64,000 bases of DNA from Minisyncoccota bacterium (GTDB taxonomy: Bacteria; Patescibacteriota; Minisyncoccia; Phycocordibacterales; UBA1550): contig JALNYL010000001.1 in the NCBI GenBank assembly GCA_023229865.1, positions 23,008 to 87,007 on the forward strand. Reading direction: 5' to 3'. Under the pieces are notes generated by a model that saw only the letters and a list, made by a program, of their open reading frames with translations, did not search any database and was not told where the DNA came from. Within the stretch, counting starts at the first letter, position 1. Each line of letters starts with the position of its first letter. This document shows, piece by piece, positions 18,974 to 28,092 of this stretch. A program made the position numbers and the translations under genes.

Positions 18974-19741
18974 CTACACAAGGCGGTACTTTCCTGCATC
19001 AATAAATTCAAGATAGTTCTTGTCTCTCAAAAACTGTAATTGCTGTCTAATTTTTGGCTTAATGTTTTTATTTTCAGGATGAATGACAGATAAATTTTTT
19101 TCAAAATTATACACGTCTTGCAATGTGAACTCCTTCTTATTCAATGAATCAATACAATTCATTATGTCCAAAATCCATCCTTTTGCATCGCTCTTTTTAA
19201 TCTGTTTCAAAAAGACAGTCTTTTGCCATTTTTCTAGTACTTCTTTCTTGCTAAGTTCTTTTCCGTTTTCAATATAAAAAATCTGCCCTGCTTTTGGTAT
19301 TTTTGAAAACAAAATATTTGAACCAACCCAGCCAGCTCGTCTTGCACTTTCTGCTAGTGGTTTTCTTTCTTCAATAATTTCTGATACAAAAAAGTGTTTT
19401 GGAACAACGAAAAAATCATTTACTTTCCAGTCTTCAACCAAATAGCCCATAAAAAAGAAATTTGGTTTTTGCGGTGAATTAATTCTCTTCACCATTTGAG
19501 AATATGCACCAGCAGAAACTTTGTTTCCCATTTTTCCCTTTTTAGATTTTAACTCAAAATCTTCTGCACATTTTTTACAATAAAAATCAGCAACAGGCTT
19601 ATTGTTTTCGTAGTCAGAAACACCATAGCCACAACTCGGGCAATATATTTCATTAAGCACCCATTTTTCAGTCAGAACTCGAGCCTTTTGCGAGTTGCTT
19701 ACGTAAGCATCAGCTATCTTTGTAACAAAATTTAAGTTCAT
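18974..19741 (-). CDS. DpnI-family methylation-dependent type IIM restriction endonuclease (cleaves Gm6ATC in characterised members)
   Basis: Strong recalled similarity to S. pneumoniae DpnI over full length (SNSQKARVLTE, YCPSCG, NKPVADFYCKKCAEDFELKSKKG, PNFFF, RRAGWVGSNI, C-terminal winged helix IRQQLQFLRDK). Start refined to ATG 19741 (255 aa). Low GC. Confidence 0.8.
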   Translation of the reverse strand: MNLNFVTKIADAYVSNSQKARVLTEKWVLNEIYCPSCGYGVSDYENNKPVADFYCKKCAEDFELKSKKGKMGNKVSAGAYSQMVKRINSPQKPNFFFMGYLVEDWKVNDFFVVPKHFFVSEIIEERKPLAESARRAGWVGSNILFSKIPKAGQIFYIENGKELSKKEVLEKWQKTVFLKQIKKSDAKGWILDIMNCIDSLNKKEFTLQDVYNFEKNLSVIHPENKNIKPKIRQQLQFLRDKNYLEFIDAGKYRLV

Positions 19742-19982
19742 AAATATCAGAAAGTATACCACGCACAGAAGATTTTGAACTACACCCAAGGCAGAAAATC
19801 CCACCTTAGAATGGGGTTTTCTAAAGTTGTGAGCCTAATCGAGATGCGACCCAAGGATACATTACCCTGTAAGGCTTATTTTAGCTCTTTCTGTCCCGTT
19901 AATCGACCCTTCTCGAGAGTTTGTAACAGTTAGCCAAACATGAATTCCGAGCTATGAAAGACATTTAAATAATGAAGATCTT

Positions 19983-21476
19983 CTATCTCTTTTGGAGTGG
20001 ATTTAATATCTCTATGCATCTTTCTAAAATTTCAGGATTATTCACTATAATTATCTTAAGTTCTTTTCGCACTCTTGTTATAGCTTGAAAAAGCATTTTA
20101 TGCGGCAAATAAGGACCATTTGTAGTGTGAGTTAGTTCACCTGTTTCTTTATATACAAATTTTTCTCCCACAATTACTACAACTTTATCAAATTCTTGTC
20201 CTATAACACCATGTGCATTCGCTGAAGAGTTAGTGTGTATATTGTATGTTTCATATATTGAGCTTCCATGCAACTGTTCTGTGTAATTTATATATACCCA
20301 CCGTTCATCTTCAAGATTCTTTACATAACCACCAACGCAATTCATATTTTCAAAATACTGTATCGTGACATTTTTATATGCCCTTTGAGATTTGTTTTCT
20401 TTTTTATTAACAAATCTTTTTATAAAAGAAGAAATTTCTTTATTCGTTCTTATATTTTCAGATAGCTCGAAATGATTTTTTATCCCCTCAAATAATTCTG
20501 CGGCAGATCTGTTACCATGCTTACCATCTATAAGACTTAGCGTTTGGGTTTTGTCGTAACTAAATAAGTAATTGAATTTTTCTTTATTATTTATAATTAC
20601 AGTCAATTGTATTGAACGAATTCTTTGGGCTTCATCAAATATTATTAAACTGTAGCTGTCTTTAACCCTTTGTTCTGTAAATTCGCTTATCGAAATTAAA
20701 TCAAAATTATGCACATCCCTTAACTTTACTTGTCCTAGATTTAATTTTCCGCAATGAACAATCAGTACTTTATTGTGATTAGATATTATTTCCTTTGCTA
20801 TATCATACACAAGTAATGTTTTTCCTGTTCCTGCTTTTCCAGAGATAGCACAAGGGCCAAATTCATTTTTCGCCATTATCTCCAGTATAGATTTCTTAAT
20901 CTTTACTTGATGATCGGTCAAAAAATATTCACCTTTTATAAACTTATCAGTACTATTGAAAGGCGACACAAGAAATTCAGATGGATCAAATAGTGAATCC
21001 AAATTCTCTTTTGTAGGGGAATCCGTCAACAAAACTTCTAGTAAGTCTTTTACTTCTAACTCACTTAGCTCTTTCTTTTCATTAAGAATATATAGTTTAT
21101 CTTCGTTTGATTGATAAGTGATGTTATAAATTTTATCTTTTCCAAGAGAATCAAGATAGTATTTATTTTGTGTTAACTGTTTCTTTATATTTTCTTCACT
21201 TGCGCCAGATTTTAATTCAATATTAATAACCGAATTTTTTGTGATTCTCAGTAAATCAAACTCTTTGGATATCTGCGGTATTTTATATCCAATATAATAC
21301 CCATCAAAGATATTTGGACTTTGATATTCTCCAAACAACTTTTCTATGAATTTCGATAGATCTTCTATTTCATTATCTTCAAGATTTACGTTTAGGTATT
21401 CTAAATACTTCTTAAATAATTCATCAGATAGATTATTTTTCGATTCTAATATTGATAATAAGTTTGTAAAGTTCAT
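19983..21476 (-). CDS. NERD / PD-(D/E)xK nuclease domain fused to P-loop ATPase (DUF2075/Schlafen-like helicase-type)
   Basis: N-terminal EFDLLRITKNSVINIELKSG (NERD-like D...E-x-K). Walker A SGKAGTGKT, Walker B LIIFDEAQR. Very AT-rich. Confidence 0.7.
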   Translation of the reverse strand: MNFTNLLSILESKNNLSDELFKKYLEYLNVNLEDNEIEDLSKFIEKLFGEYQSPNIFDGYYIGYKIPQISKEFDLLRITKNSVINIELKSGASEENIKKQLTQNKYYLDSLGKDKIYNITYQSNEDKLYILNEKKELSELEVKDLLEVLLTDSPTKENLDSLFDPSEFLVSPFNSTDKFIKGEYFLTDHQVKIKKSILEIMAKNEFGPCAISGKAGTGKTLLVYDIAKEIISNHNKVLIVHCGKLNLGQVKLRDVHNFDLISISEFTEQRVKDSYSLIIFDEAQRIRSIQLTVIINNKEKFNYLFSYDKTQTLSLIDGKHGNRSAAELFEGIKNHFELSENIRTNKEISSFIKRFVNKKENKSQRAYKNVTIQYFENMNCVGGYVKNLEDERWVYINYTEQLHGSSIYETYNIHTNSSANAHGVIGQEFDKVVVIVGEKFVYKETGELTHTTNGPYLPHKMLFQAITRVRKELKIIIVNNPEILERCIEILNPLQKR

Positions 21477-21564
21477 AAATCAATAATAACAAACACGCCT
21501 CAAAAGTAACTTTTTCTTAGTCTTAGATTCGAGCCTTCTCGAGTGCTCGAACCAGCTCTCTTTG

Positions 21565-21636
21565 TGACCTTACGGAGAATCGAACTCCGATTACAGGAAT
21601 GAGAATCCTGTGTCCTAGCCGTTAGACGATAAGGCC
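21565..21636 (-). tRNA. tRNA-Glu (anticodon CUC)
   Basis: Minus strand GGCCTTATCGTCTAACGGCTAGGACACAGGATTCTCATTCCTGTAATCGGAGTTCGATTCTCCGTAAGGTCA. Cloverleaf with anticodon loop TTCTCAT, T-loop TTCGATT. CCA not encoded. Confidence 0.8.
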
Positions 21637-21720
21637 TTTATATTTCTTCAATTTCAAAGCGCCCTTTGGCGCTTGTTTAATACTGTAGCACATTTTCTGG
21701 TATTTTGCCAATAGCCCCAC

Positions 21721-22125
21721 CTACTCAGCCTTAATTTGGAAATTGTACATCCCCATTGAGCAGACTCCTTGAATCTTTTCGCCGGGTTTTGGTGTCCCCA
21801 AATCAATAATCTCTTCCTGTGTTGGCGCAAGGACCTTCTGAAAGCCGATAGAGCGCACCACAAGAGATGCTGAGCAGTCATAGGTGCCACTCGTCTTCAC
21901 GATGAGCTTGGTCGGGATATCAGGCTTTATAGAAGATAGTTTTGGGAAGTACCCGCCCTTTGCCGCGAGCGTCACATATTGCACACCGTCTCTCATTTCC
22001 GTGTTTTGCGTTTGGGCGACCTCCGTATTCCCCAGCGAAGCCTCGGGAGTTTTTGTCACAAAATATAATGCTCCGCCGACAATCGCGATACTGAGCACCA
22101 CTGATATGAAAGTATTCTTTTGCAT
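21721..22125 (-). CDS. Secreted cupredoxin-like (Cupredoxin_1-type) metal-binding domain protein
   Basis: Signal/TM MQKNTFISVVLSIAIVGGALYF. C-terminal ...GVCSMGMYNFQIKAE and YDCSAS. Start refined to ATG 22125. Confidence 0.4.
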   Translation of the reverse strand: MQKNTFISVVLSIAIVGGALYFVTKTPEASLGNTEVAQTQNTEMRDGVQYVTLAAKGGYFPKLSSIKPDIPTKLIVKTSGTYDCSASLVVRSIGFQKVLAPTQEEIIDLGTPKPGEKIQGVCSMGMYNFQIKAE

Positions 22126-22127
22126 AT

Positions 22128-22934
22128 TTATATATTGAAAAGTGGATCGATGAGACCTAGGCCCACAAGCCCTGCAAGGAGCGCAAATGAACCGAGCCCA
22201 ATCACGACCACGCCGACCGACTTGAAGAAGAGTGGCGCATGCTTCGACTGTGCGAATGTAACCGAGCCAAACGACAATACGAGAAGCACAGGGAGAGTCC
22301 CGAGAGCAAACGAAAGCATAATGAGGAATCCTGACACAAACGAACCACTCGAGAGCGCAGCAACTTGCATCGATTGCGTAAATCCACACGGAAGGAAGAA
22401 TGTCCCCACACCGATAATGAGTGGCGCAAATACTTGATGCTCAACTTTTTTGAAATAATCAAATATTCCTGCAGGAAGTTTGACCGCACGCTTGTTGAGT
22501 ACGCCGACAAGATTGAGCCCGAGGATAATCATCACGAGTGAGGCGACAATCCCGAGCACTGCACCAAGGGTGAAGCTCACACCAATAGCCCCACCGAGCG
22601 CACCGAGTAGCCCTCCAAGGAACGCGAAGCCGCCAAGGCGCCCCATATGAAAAAGATAAAATGGCTTCCTGTTGTCCTTGTCATCCTCAGCAACCTGAGC
22701 AGAAAGCGAGAGGACAAGCCCGCCCACTACCGCGAGACAGCTCGAGACCGAGGCCACGAGGCCTACGATGAAGCTGGTTGCGGGTGTCGCAGGGCCACCA
22801 AGTCCGAGATTCAATATGCCCGACTTTTGCACAATGAAAAATAGTGCGAGAAACGCAAGACCAATAGGGATAGCCTGCCAGATGACATCACTACTCGACT
22901 TTTCATTCTCTCCCTGAAGTTTTGTATTTTTCAT
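22128..22934 (-). CDS. Polytopic membrane protein, DsbD_2/CcdA-like (putative thiol-disulfide or metal transport partner)
   Basis: About 7 TM helices, Gly-rich. Membrane-embedded Cys in SSCLAVVGG and FFLPCGF. Confidence 0.4.
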   Translation of the reverse strand: MKNTKLQGENEKSSSDVIWQAIPIGLAFLALFFIVQKSGILNLGLGGPATPATSFIVGLVASVSSCLAVVGGLVLSLSAQVAEDDKDNRKPFYLFHMGRLGGFAFLGGLLGALGGAIGVSFTLGAVLGIVASLVMIILGLNLVGVLNKRAVKLPAGIFDYFKKVEHQVFAPLIIGVGTFFLPCGFTQSMQVAALSSGSFVSGFLIMLSFALGTLPVLLVLSFGSVTFAQSKHAPLFFKSVGVVVIGLGSFALLAGLVGLGLIDPLFNI

Positions 22935-23035
22935 ATTAGATTTTTACTCTCTTTGCACGCCCAATTTCTGGGCCAGCGTTTGGCGCAAGCCAAACGCTGG
23001 AGTCATTCAATATTCCACATTCCAGATTCTATATC

Positions 23036-24331
23036 CTACCCGCGTGCCTTCCACTCCTCCTCCTGTCGCACAAGAAGCTCGCTCGCGCGTTGTGGCTCCG
23101 CCATTACCTCCTCCACAATACGCTCCATACGCATACCCTGTGAGCCCTTTACGAGCACGATGTCCCCTTCTTTAAGAAGTCCTTCGAGGGTCTTGCCTGC
23201 TTCTTTTGAATTATCAAACTCCAAAATATTTCTCTCATCCATGTCGTTTCCGAGCGCGCCTTCGACGATATATCTTGCGCGAGGACCAACGGCAATAATA
23301 ATATCAGCGAAACTTCCCGCCTGACTTCCGAGCTTCTTGTGTTCGTCGATTGTGTATTTACCGAGCTCGAGCATATCACCAAGCACCACAATGCGACGAC
23401 CCTTGGTCTTGATACCGCGGAGTGCCTCCACAGCGGCTTCTGCAGCTACTGGAGAAGCATTGTAGGTGTCATCAATGAGCGTTGCCCCACGAAGCGCGGG
23501 GATGAGACGCATACGTCCAGAAGGTCCCTGATGTGCCGCGAGACGACCGAGAATATCGATGATATTGAGCTTGAGGTATGCTCCCGTCGCGATGGCTGCA
23601 AGTGCGCTATACACCGGCTGTACGCCGAGTACGCCACGGAGCGCTACAGGGAAAACATTGCCATCATACTCGAGCTTAAACGTAGTCCCTACGGGCACAC
23701 CACTCTCGTAGGCAGTTTGAATATTGGTAGCACAAAACATCGCACCGCTATTTAGCCCATAGGTAAGCGACTTGGCTTTTGTCTTTTCGCGGAGTGCGAG
23801 CACGCGCTCGTCGTCGGCGTTTACAATGAGCACACCCGTATTGCGAAGCGCCTTCACGAGGTTTGCCTTTTCTTCAAAGAGTTCGTCAGGAGATTTGAAA
23901 AATTCTACGTGCACAGGGACCTCACTGAAACGTGTGACAACCGCGATATCAGGAGTGATGAGTGATGTCGCGCGCGAGATGTCACCGGGCTTACTAGCGC
24001 CGATTTCGAGCACAAGCCACTTTGGGTAGTGCATGCGGGTCGCGACAAGCAAGAACCCTTTGATAATATTTTTGAGCCAGAGGAAAGGATTTGACCAGCC
24101 ATTTTCACAGTTCAAAATTGTCAGCGGAAGCCCGATCTCGCTATTGAAACTCTTTACGCTTTTGCGCGCAACGAGTGTCTCCCCTACAACCGTAAAAATA
24201 GCGTCCTTGGTCGAGGTCTTGCCGACATTGCCCGTCACGGCAATAACCTTTGGTTTGTACTTCTTGAGCACGAGACGCGCCTCGGCTTCGAGAATGACGG
24301 TGATGATGTTTTTTATAATATTTTTGAGCAT
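23036..24331 (-). CDS. murF: Mur ligase, UDP-MurNAc-tripeptide--D-Ala-D-Ala ligase-like
   Basis: P-loop VIAVTGNVGKTSTKD. Mur ligase middle and C-terminal domains. Downstream of ftsI in the dcw cluster. Confidence 0.7.
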   Translation of the reverse strand: MLKNIIKNIITVILEAEARLVLKKYKPKVIAVTGNVGKTSTKDAIFTVVGETLVARKSVKSFNSEIGLPLTILNCENGWSNPFLWLKNIIKGFLLVATRMHYPKWLVLEIGASKPGDISRATSLITPDIAVVTRFSEVPVHVEFFKSPDELFEEKANLVKALRNTGVLIVNADDERVLALREKTKAKSLTYGLNSGAMFCATNIQTAYESGVPVGTTFKLEYDGNVFPVALRGVLGVQPVYSALAAIATGAYLKLNIIDILGRLAAHQGPSGRMRLIPALRGATLIDDTYNASPVAAEAAVEALRGIKTKGRRIVVLGDMLELGKYTIDEHKKLGSQAGSFADIIIAVGPRARYIVEGALGNDMDERNILEFDNSKEAGKTLEGLLKEGDIVLVKGSQGMRMERIVEEVMAEPQRASELLVRQEEEWKARG

Positions 24332-24455
24332 GGCTGATTTGTTAATAACGAAAATTTATTTTAATTCACCACCCAGTTAAATCCTGCTTCGCAGGAATTT
24401 CCTTACGGAAATTATTTAACCGGGTAGATAATCTAATGTCGCTGCGCTCGTTATC

Positions 24456-26171
24456 TTATCTATCGGGCGGTATTTCATAATAGTTTAACAAAAATTTTGT
24501 GATTTGCATAAACGGCTCCGACAACGTATGCGAAGCGTATGCCTCACCACGAGGATTTTTGAGCGTGATGAGCACAATAAATTTTGGATCATACGATGGG
24601 AAGTATCCAAAGAATGTGTGAAGGTAGTCCGTCTTTGAATACGCACCATCTTCCACGAGCTGTGCGGTACCTGTCTTTGCGGCGATACTGTAGTGCTCCA
24701 TCTTGAGCGTGCCGCCCATGAGCGCCTTGTCCACTACGGTCGTGAGCATGCGCGTAATCTCTTCTGATGTTTCTTTTTTGATCACGCGACGTTCTTCTGT
24801 CGGCACAAACTCGCGCGGAAGGCCGAGACTGTACTCGGTGCTCTTGACCACATGAGGAGAAACGAGCGTGCCACCATTAGCAAGGACTGAGAGTGCGCGA
24901 ATCGTCGCAATCGGTGTCATTGAAATACCTTGTCCAAACGATGCGGTCGCGTATTCAATATCGCGCGTGCTCTCGAGGTTGCGGATGTCGCCAACGCTTT
25001 CGTTGGGCAGGTCAATCCCCGTCTCTTCGCCAACACCAAACGCTTTAAAATAATCTCGGAAACGATCTTTTCCCAAACGCTCCATAACAAACATTGTCCC
25101 CGTGTTGAGCGACTGATTGAGGATCTCCTGCATGGGCACAATACCACGCGCCTTGCCGTCGTAGTTGGAAATGCGCTTCGTGTTTACAACACGATAACCC
25201 TTATCGTCGTATGTCGTGCTTGCTGTGATTACTCCTGCATCAATACCAGCCGCAACCGTGAGTGGCTTGATAATCGAACCCATTTCATACACGCCATCAA
25301 CGAGAGGATTTGCAAACACGCTTTGATTTTTCTCTTTCGAAAAATTGTTGGGATCAAAGGTAGGCATCGTCGCCATCGCGTAGATCTCGCCTGTCTTTGG
25401 GTTCATGATGATACCGCTCGCGCTCGCTGCGCTATATTTCTCGAGGATGTCTTTTTCAAGCGTACGCTCAAGAAATCCCTGCACCGTCGGCTCAATCGTA
25501 GTAAGGAGATCGCCCTCGCGCTCACGGTCGAAGAGGATGGCAGCGCCTGGTTTCAAAAAGAGGTCCGCAAAAAAACTCGAGGACTCGCTATTGCCCGAAC
25601 GCGCGAGTGTCTCATCATAATAACGCTCGAGGCCATAGCGACCGACGAGCGCGGCCCCCGAGTCCCCGCCCTGACTCACGAAACCGAGCACCTGCGCAGC
25701 TGCGCGACCACCAGGATAAAATCGCTTTTTGTCTTTTTGTAAAATCACCGCCTTCTCGCCGAGTGCGCGGATCCCCTCGACGTCTTTCTCGGACAAGTGT
25801 TTTGCCACTTCCTCGTACTGATCCCCTTTACGCCCCATACGCGCAATCAAGTCCGCACGATCAAATTTCACAAACTCGAGAAGTTTGTCGGCGAGGGCGG
25901 CTTTGTCAGCGACTTTAGTAGGGTCGACGGCGAGCGTGTAGTCGGGCACTACGGTCGCTGCAGAAATCTTGCGTCCTGACTTTTCTTCAAAAAATATTGT
26001 GCCACGGTCAAAGTTGCCGAGATTAGCAACAAGGTACTTTGATTCCGCGCGGGCTTTGTAGTATTCGCCTTTTGCGATTTGGATATAACCAAGTTTTGCA
26101 ATCAAAAGGAGTGCTATCAAGAGCACTCCTATATTGATAAACCATATGTTCTTTAAAAAACGACTCTTCAT
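24456..26171 (-). CDS. ftsI: Penicillin-binding protein (class B transpeptidase), divisome-type
   Basis: N-terminal TM. SxxK (SIIKP), SxN (SLN), KTGTA. Sits in dcw context after ftsL. Confidence 0.85.
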   Translation of the reverse strand: MKSRFLKNIWFINIGVLLIALLLIAKLGYIQIAKGEYYKARAESKYLVANLGNFDRGTIFFEEKSGRKISAATVVPDYTLAVDPTKVADKAALADKLLEFVKFDRADLIARMGRKGDQYEEVAKHLSEKDVEGIRALGEKAVILQKDKKRFYPGGRAAAQVLGFVSQGGDSGAALVGRYGLERYYDETLARSGNSESSSFFADLFLKPGAAILFDREREGDLLTTIEPTVQGFLERTLEKDILEKYSAASASGIIMNPKTGEIYAMATMPTFDPNNFSKEKNQSVFANPLVDGVYEMGSIIKPLTVAAGIDAGVITASTTYDDKGYRVVNTKRISNYDGKARGIVPMQEILNQSLNTGTMFVMERLGKDRFRDYFKAFGVGEETGIDLPNESVGDIRNLESTRDIEYATASFGQGISMTPIATIRALSVLANGGTLVSPHVVKSTEYSLGLPREFVPTEERRVIKKETSEEITRMLTTVVDKALMGGTLKMEHYSIAAKTGTAQLVEDGAYSKTDYLHTFFGYFPSYDPKFIVLITLKNPRGEAYASHTLSEPFMQITKFLLNYYEIPPDR

Positions 26172-26176
26172 ACTGC

Positions 26177-26482
26177 CTAGCGTGCCATCGAAAGTTTAGA
26201 TCCAGTCTCTCCAGTGAATTTTGCATTTACCTCCTTGAAGCCAAGGTTCTTTGCGTATGCGAGCGTAACCGCATTTGACTGTGCCAAGTAATCTGCCTCA
26301 AGTGTCCCTGCGGTACTTGCGAGCTCGTGTGCAGTACGGTTCATGTTGTTGCGATCCACCACCGCAACCGTGAGCGTGAGCACTGAGTACAAATAGAACA
26401 CCGCAACAAGCCCAAGAAGTGAAGCTAGGGCCCAAAAGATTTTTCTTTCAATATTGCTGAGGTCGAGTGTTTTTGTTGTCAT
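26177..26482 (-). CDS. ftsL: FtsL-like bitopic cell division protein
   Basis: Single TM then short coiled segment. Position between rsmH and ftsI. Confidence 0.5.
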   Translation of the reverse strand: MTTKTLDLSNIERKIFWALASLLGLVAVFYLYSVLTLTVAVVDRNNMNRTAHELASTAGTLEADYLAQSNAVTLAYAKNLGFKEVNAKFTGETGSKLSMAR

Positions 26483-26493
26483 AATGGTGGTTG

Positions 26494-27381
26494 TTAATTT
26501 TTAATGATAATTCTTAGTTTTGAACTTCTTGATTTTGGATTCTCTTTTACTTCACTATCACTTGGCACAATTGGTTTTTTGGTAACGAGGGTTCCTTCTC
26601 CCTCTTGTGCTTTTTGTCTAAAAAATTCTTTTACGATGCGGTCTTCGAGACTATGAAATGAGATGACCGCCATCCTTCCTCCTGGAGCGAGGTGTGCAAA
26701 CCCTTTTGCGAGGCCTTCGCGGAGGGCTCCGAGCTCGTCGTTGACCGCGATGCGGAGCGCTTGGAAAGTCTTTGTCGCAGGATGAATCTTGCTAAAACCA
26801 AACTTGGGAACACACTGCTTTACAATCTCGGCGAGTTGACCAGATGTTTCGATAGGCTCTATCTCACGAGCTTCTACAATAGCCTTGGCGATGCGGCGGG
26901 AGTAGCGTTCCTCGCCGTAGCCGTAGATAATGTCCGCGATACTCTCTTCCGCCCATTCGTTTACAATCTCGCGTGCGGTGAGGCCTTCTCCTGACGAACG
27001 AAAGGTCATGAGGAGCGGTTCGTCGCGCATAAACGAGAAACCACGTGGTGCGACCTCAAGCTGGCGATTTGAGAGACCAATGTCGAGCAAGATAGCATCT
27101 ACGCTCTCTACATTTGCCCCTGCGAGGACAGTATCGATATTGCGGAAGTTGTCACACACAAAGAGTTTCTTGCAAGGAAGATCTTTCAAGCGCTCTTCTG
27201 CGATTGTAAGAGAATCTTGATCAGCATCAGTGCCAACAAAGAATCCTGTCTTCCCTATTTTTTCGCAAAGAATACGGCTGTGTCCACCGAGACCAACGGT
27301 CCCTTCAAACACGGTCGCTCCCTCATTGAGTGCGAGTCCATCTGTTGCTTCATGTAAAAGAACTGAGATATGACGGTCCAT
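26494..27381 (-). CDS. rsmH: 16S rRNA (cytosine1402-N4)-methyltransferase
   Basis: MDRHISVLLHEA..EGTVGLGGHS, SAM-binding and MraW fold motifs. Confidence 0.9.
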   Translation of the reverse strand: MDRHISVLLHEATDGLALNEGATVFEGTVGLGGHSRILCEKIGKTGFFVGTDADQDSLTIAEERLKDLPCKKLFVCDNFRNIDTVLAGANVESVDAILLDIGLSNRQLEVAPRGFSFMRDEPLLMTFRSSGEGLTAREIVNEWAEESIADIIYGYGEERYSRRIAKAIVEAREIEPIETSGQLAEIVKQCVPKFGFSKIHPATKTFQALRIAVNDELGALREGLAKGFAHLAPGGRMAVISFHSLEDRIVKEFFRQKAQEGEGTLVTKKPIVPSDSEVKENPKSRSSKLRIIIKN

Positions 27382-27383
27382 AA

Positions 27384-27818
27384 TTAGATAACGCCAATCT
27401 CACCAAGCTTCTCTGCAAGCGCGTCTGCACCCTTTTGAATGCGTGCCTTGTATCCACGCCATACCTTTTCATCCCAGAGCTCAACACGTGTAGATACTCC
27501 TACGACGGCGACTTGAGTCTTTAAGTCTGCAAAATCTTTCAAAAAATCTGGAACAAGGATACGACCAATACTGTCGACATCTGTCTCAACGGCACCCGCG
27601 AGCATAAAGCGACCAAATCCACGCGTGTCCGCCTGTCCCATAGGAAGTCCCGCAAGCTTCTCTGCAACCTTCTCCCACTCTTTCATTGGATAGACGAAGA
27701 GGCAGTTGTCGAGACCATGCGTGATGACCACCTTCTTACCAAGCTCCTTGCGGAACTTGGCAGGAAGCGCGATGCGCTTCTTTGGATCAAGGGTGTGAAT
27801 GTGTTCGCCGATAAGCAT
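27384..27818 (-). CDS. mraZ: Transcriptional regulator MraZ
   Basis: Two duplicated halves with RIALPAKFR and RILVPDFL. Confidence 0.9.
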   Translation of the reverse strand: MLIGEHIHTLDPKKRIALPAKFRKELGKKVVITHGLDNCLFVYPMKEWEKVAEKLAGLPMGQADTRGFGRFMLAGAVETDVDSIGRILVPDFLKDFADLKTQVAVVGVSTRVELWDEKVWRGYKARIQKGADALAEKLGEIGVI

Positions 27819-27874
27819 AGTTTGTTTTCGTGAGACGAAGTGGCAAATCTGTTATTTATGGCCAAATATCAGAT

Positions 27875-27925
27875 TTACCACTTCATCCCACTTGTCTACA
27901 TTATATTACACTTCGCCCCACTGTA
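27875..27925 (-). promoter_or_regulatory. Putative mra promoter with phased MraZ-box direct repeats
   Basis: Minus strand reads GTGGG-N5-GTGTA-ATATAATGTAG-ACAA-GTGGG-N5-GTGGT. Four (G)TGGG-like boxes on 10-bp phasing with a TATAAT between them, about 60-110 nt upstream of mraZ ATG. Confidence 0.4.
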
Positions 27926-28092
27926 CAACACTTTATGCCAATAGTTATCCACAAGTGAGTGAGTGGAATAAAAAGCTCGCTTTTTGATTCCCGAGCGAAC
28001 GAAGTGGATATTGTACCCAGTTATATCCACAACTTTATTTTTTCGAACAAAGAAAAAACCCAGCATTCACTGGGCTTAAATGGAAATTGTTT

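Noticed and set aside
24930-25742. 270-aa plus-strand ORF antisense to ftsI
   Set aside because: Entirely within the PBP gene, which has SxxK/SxN/KTG motifs. Arg/Cys-rich antisense artefact typical of GC-biased codon third positions.
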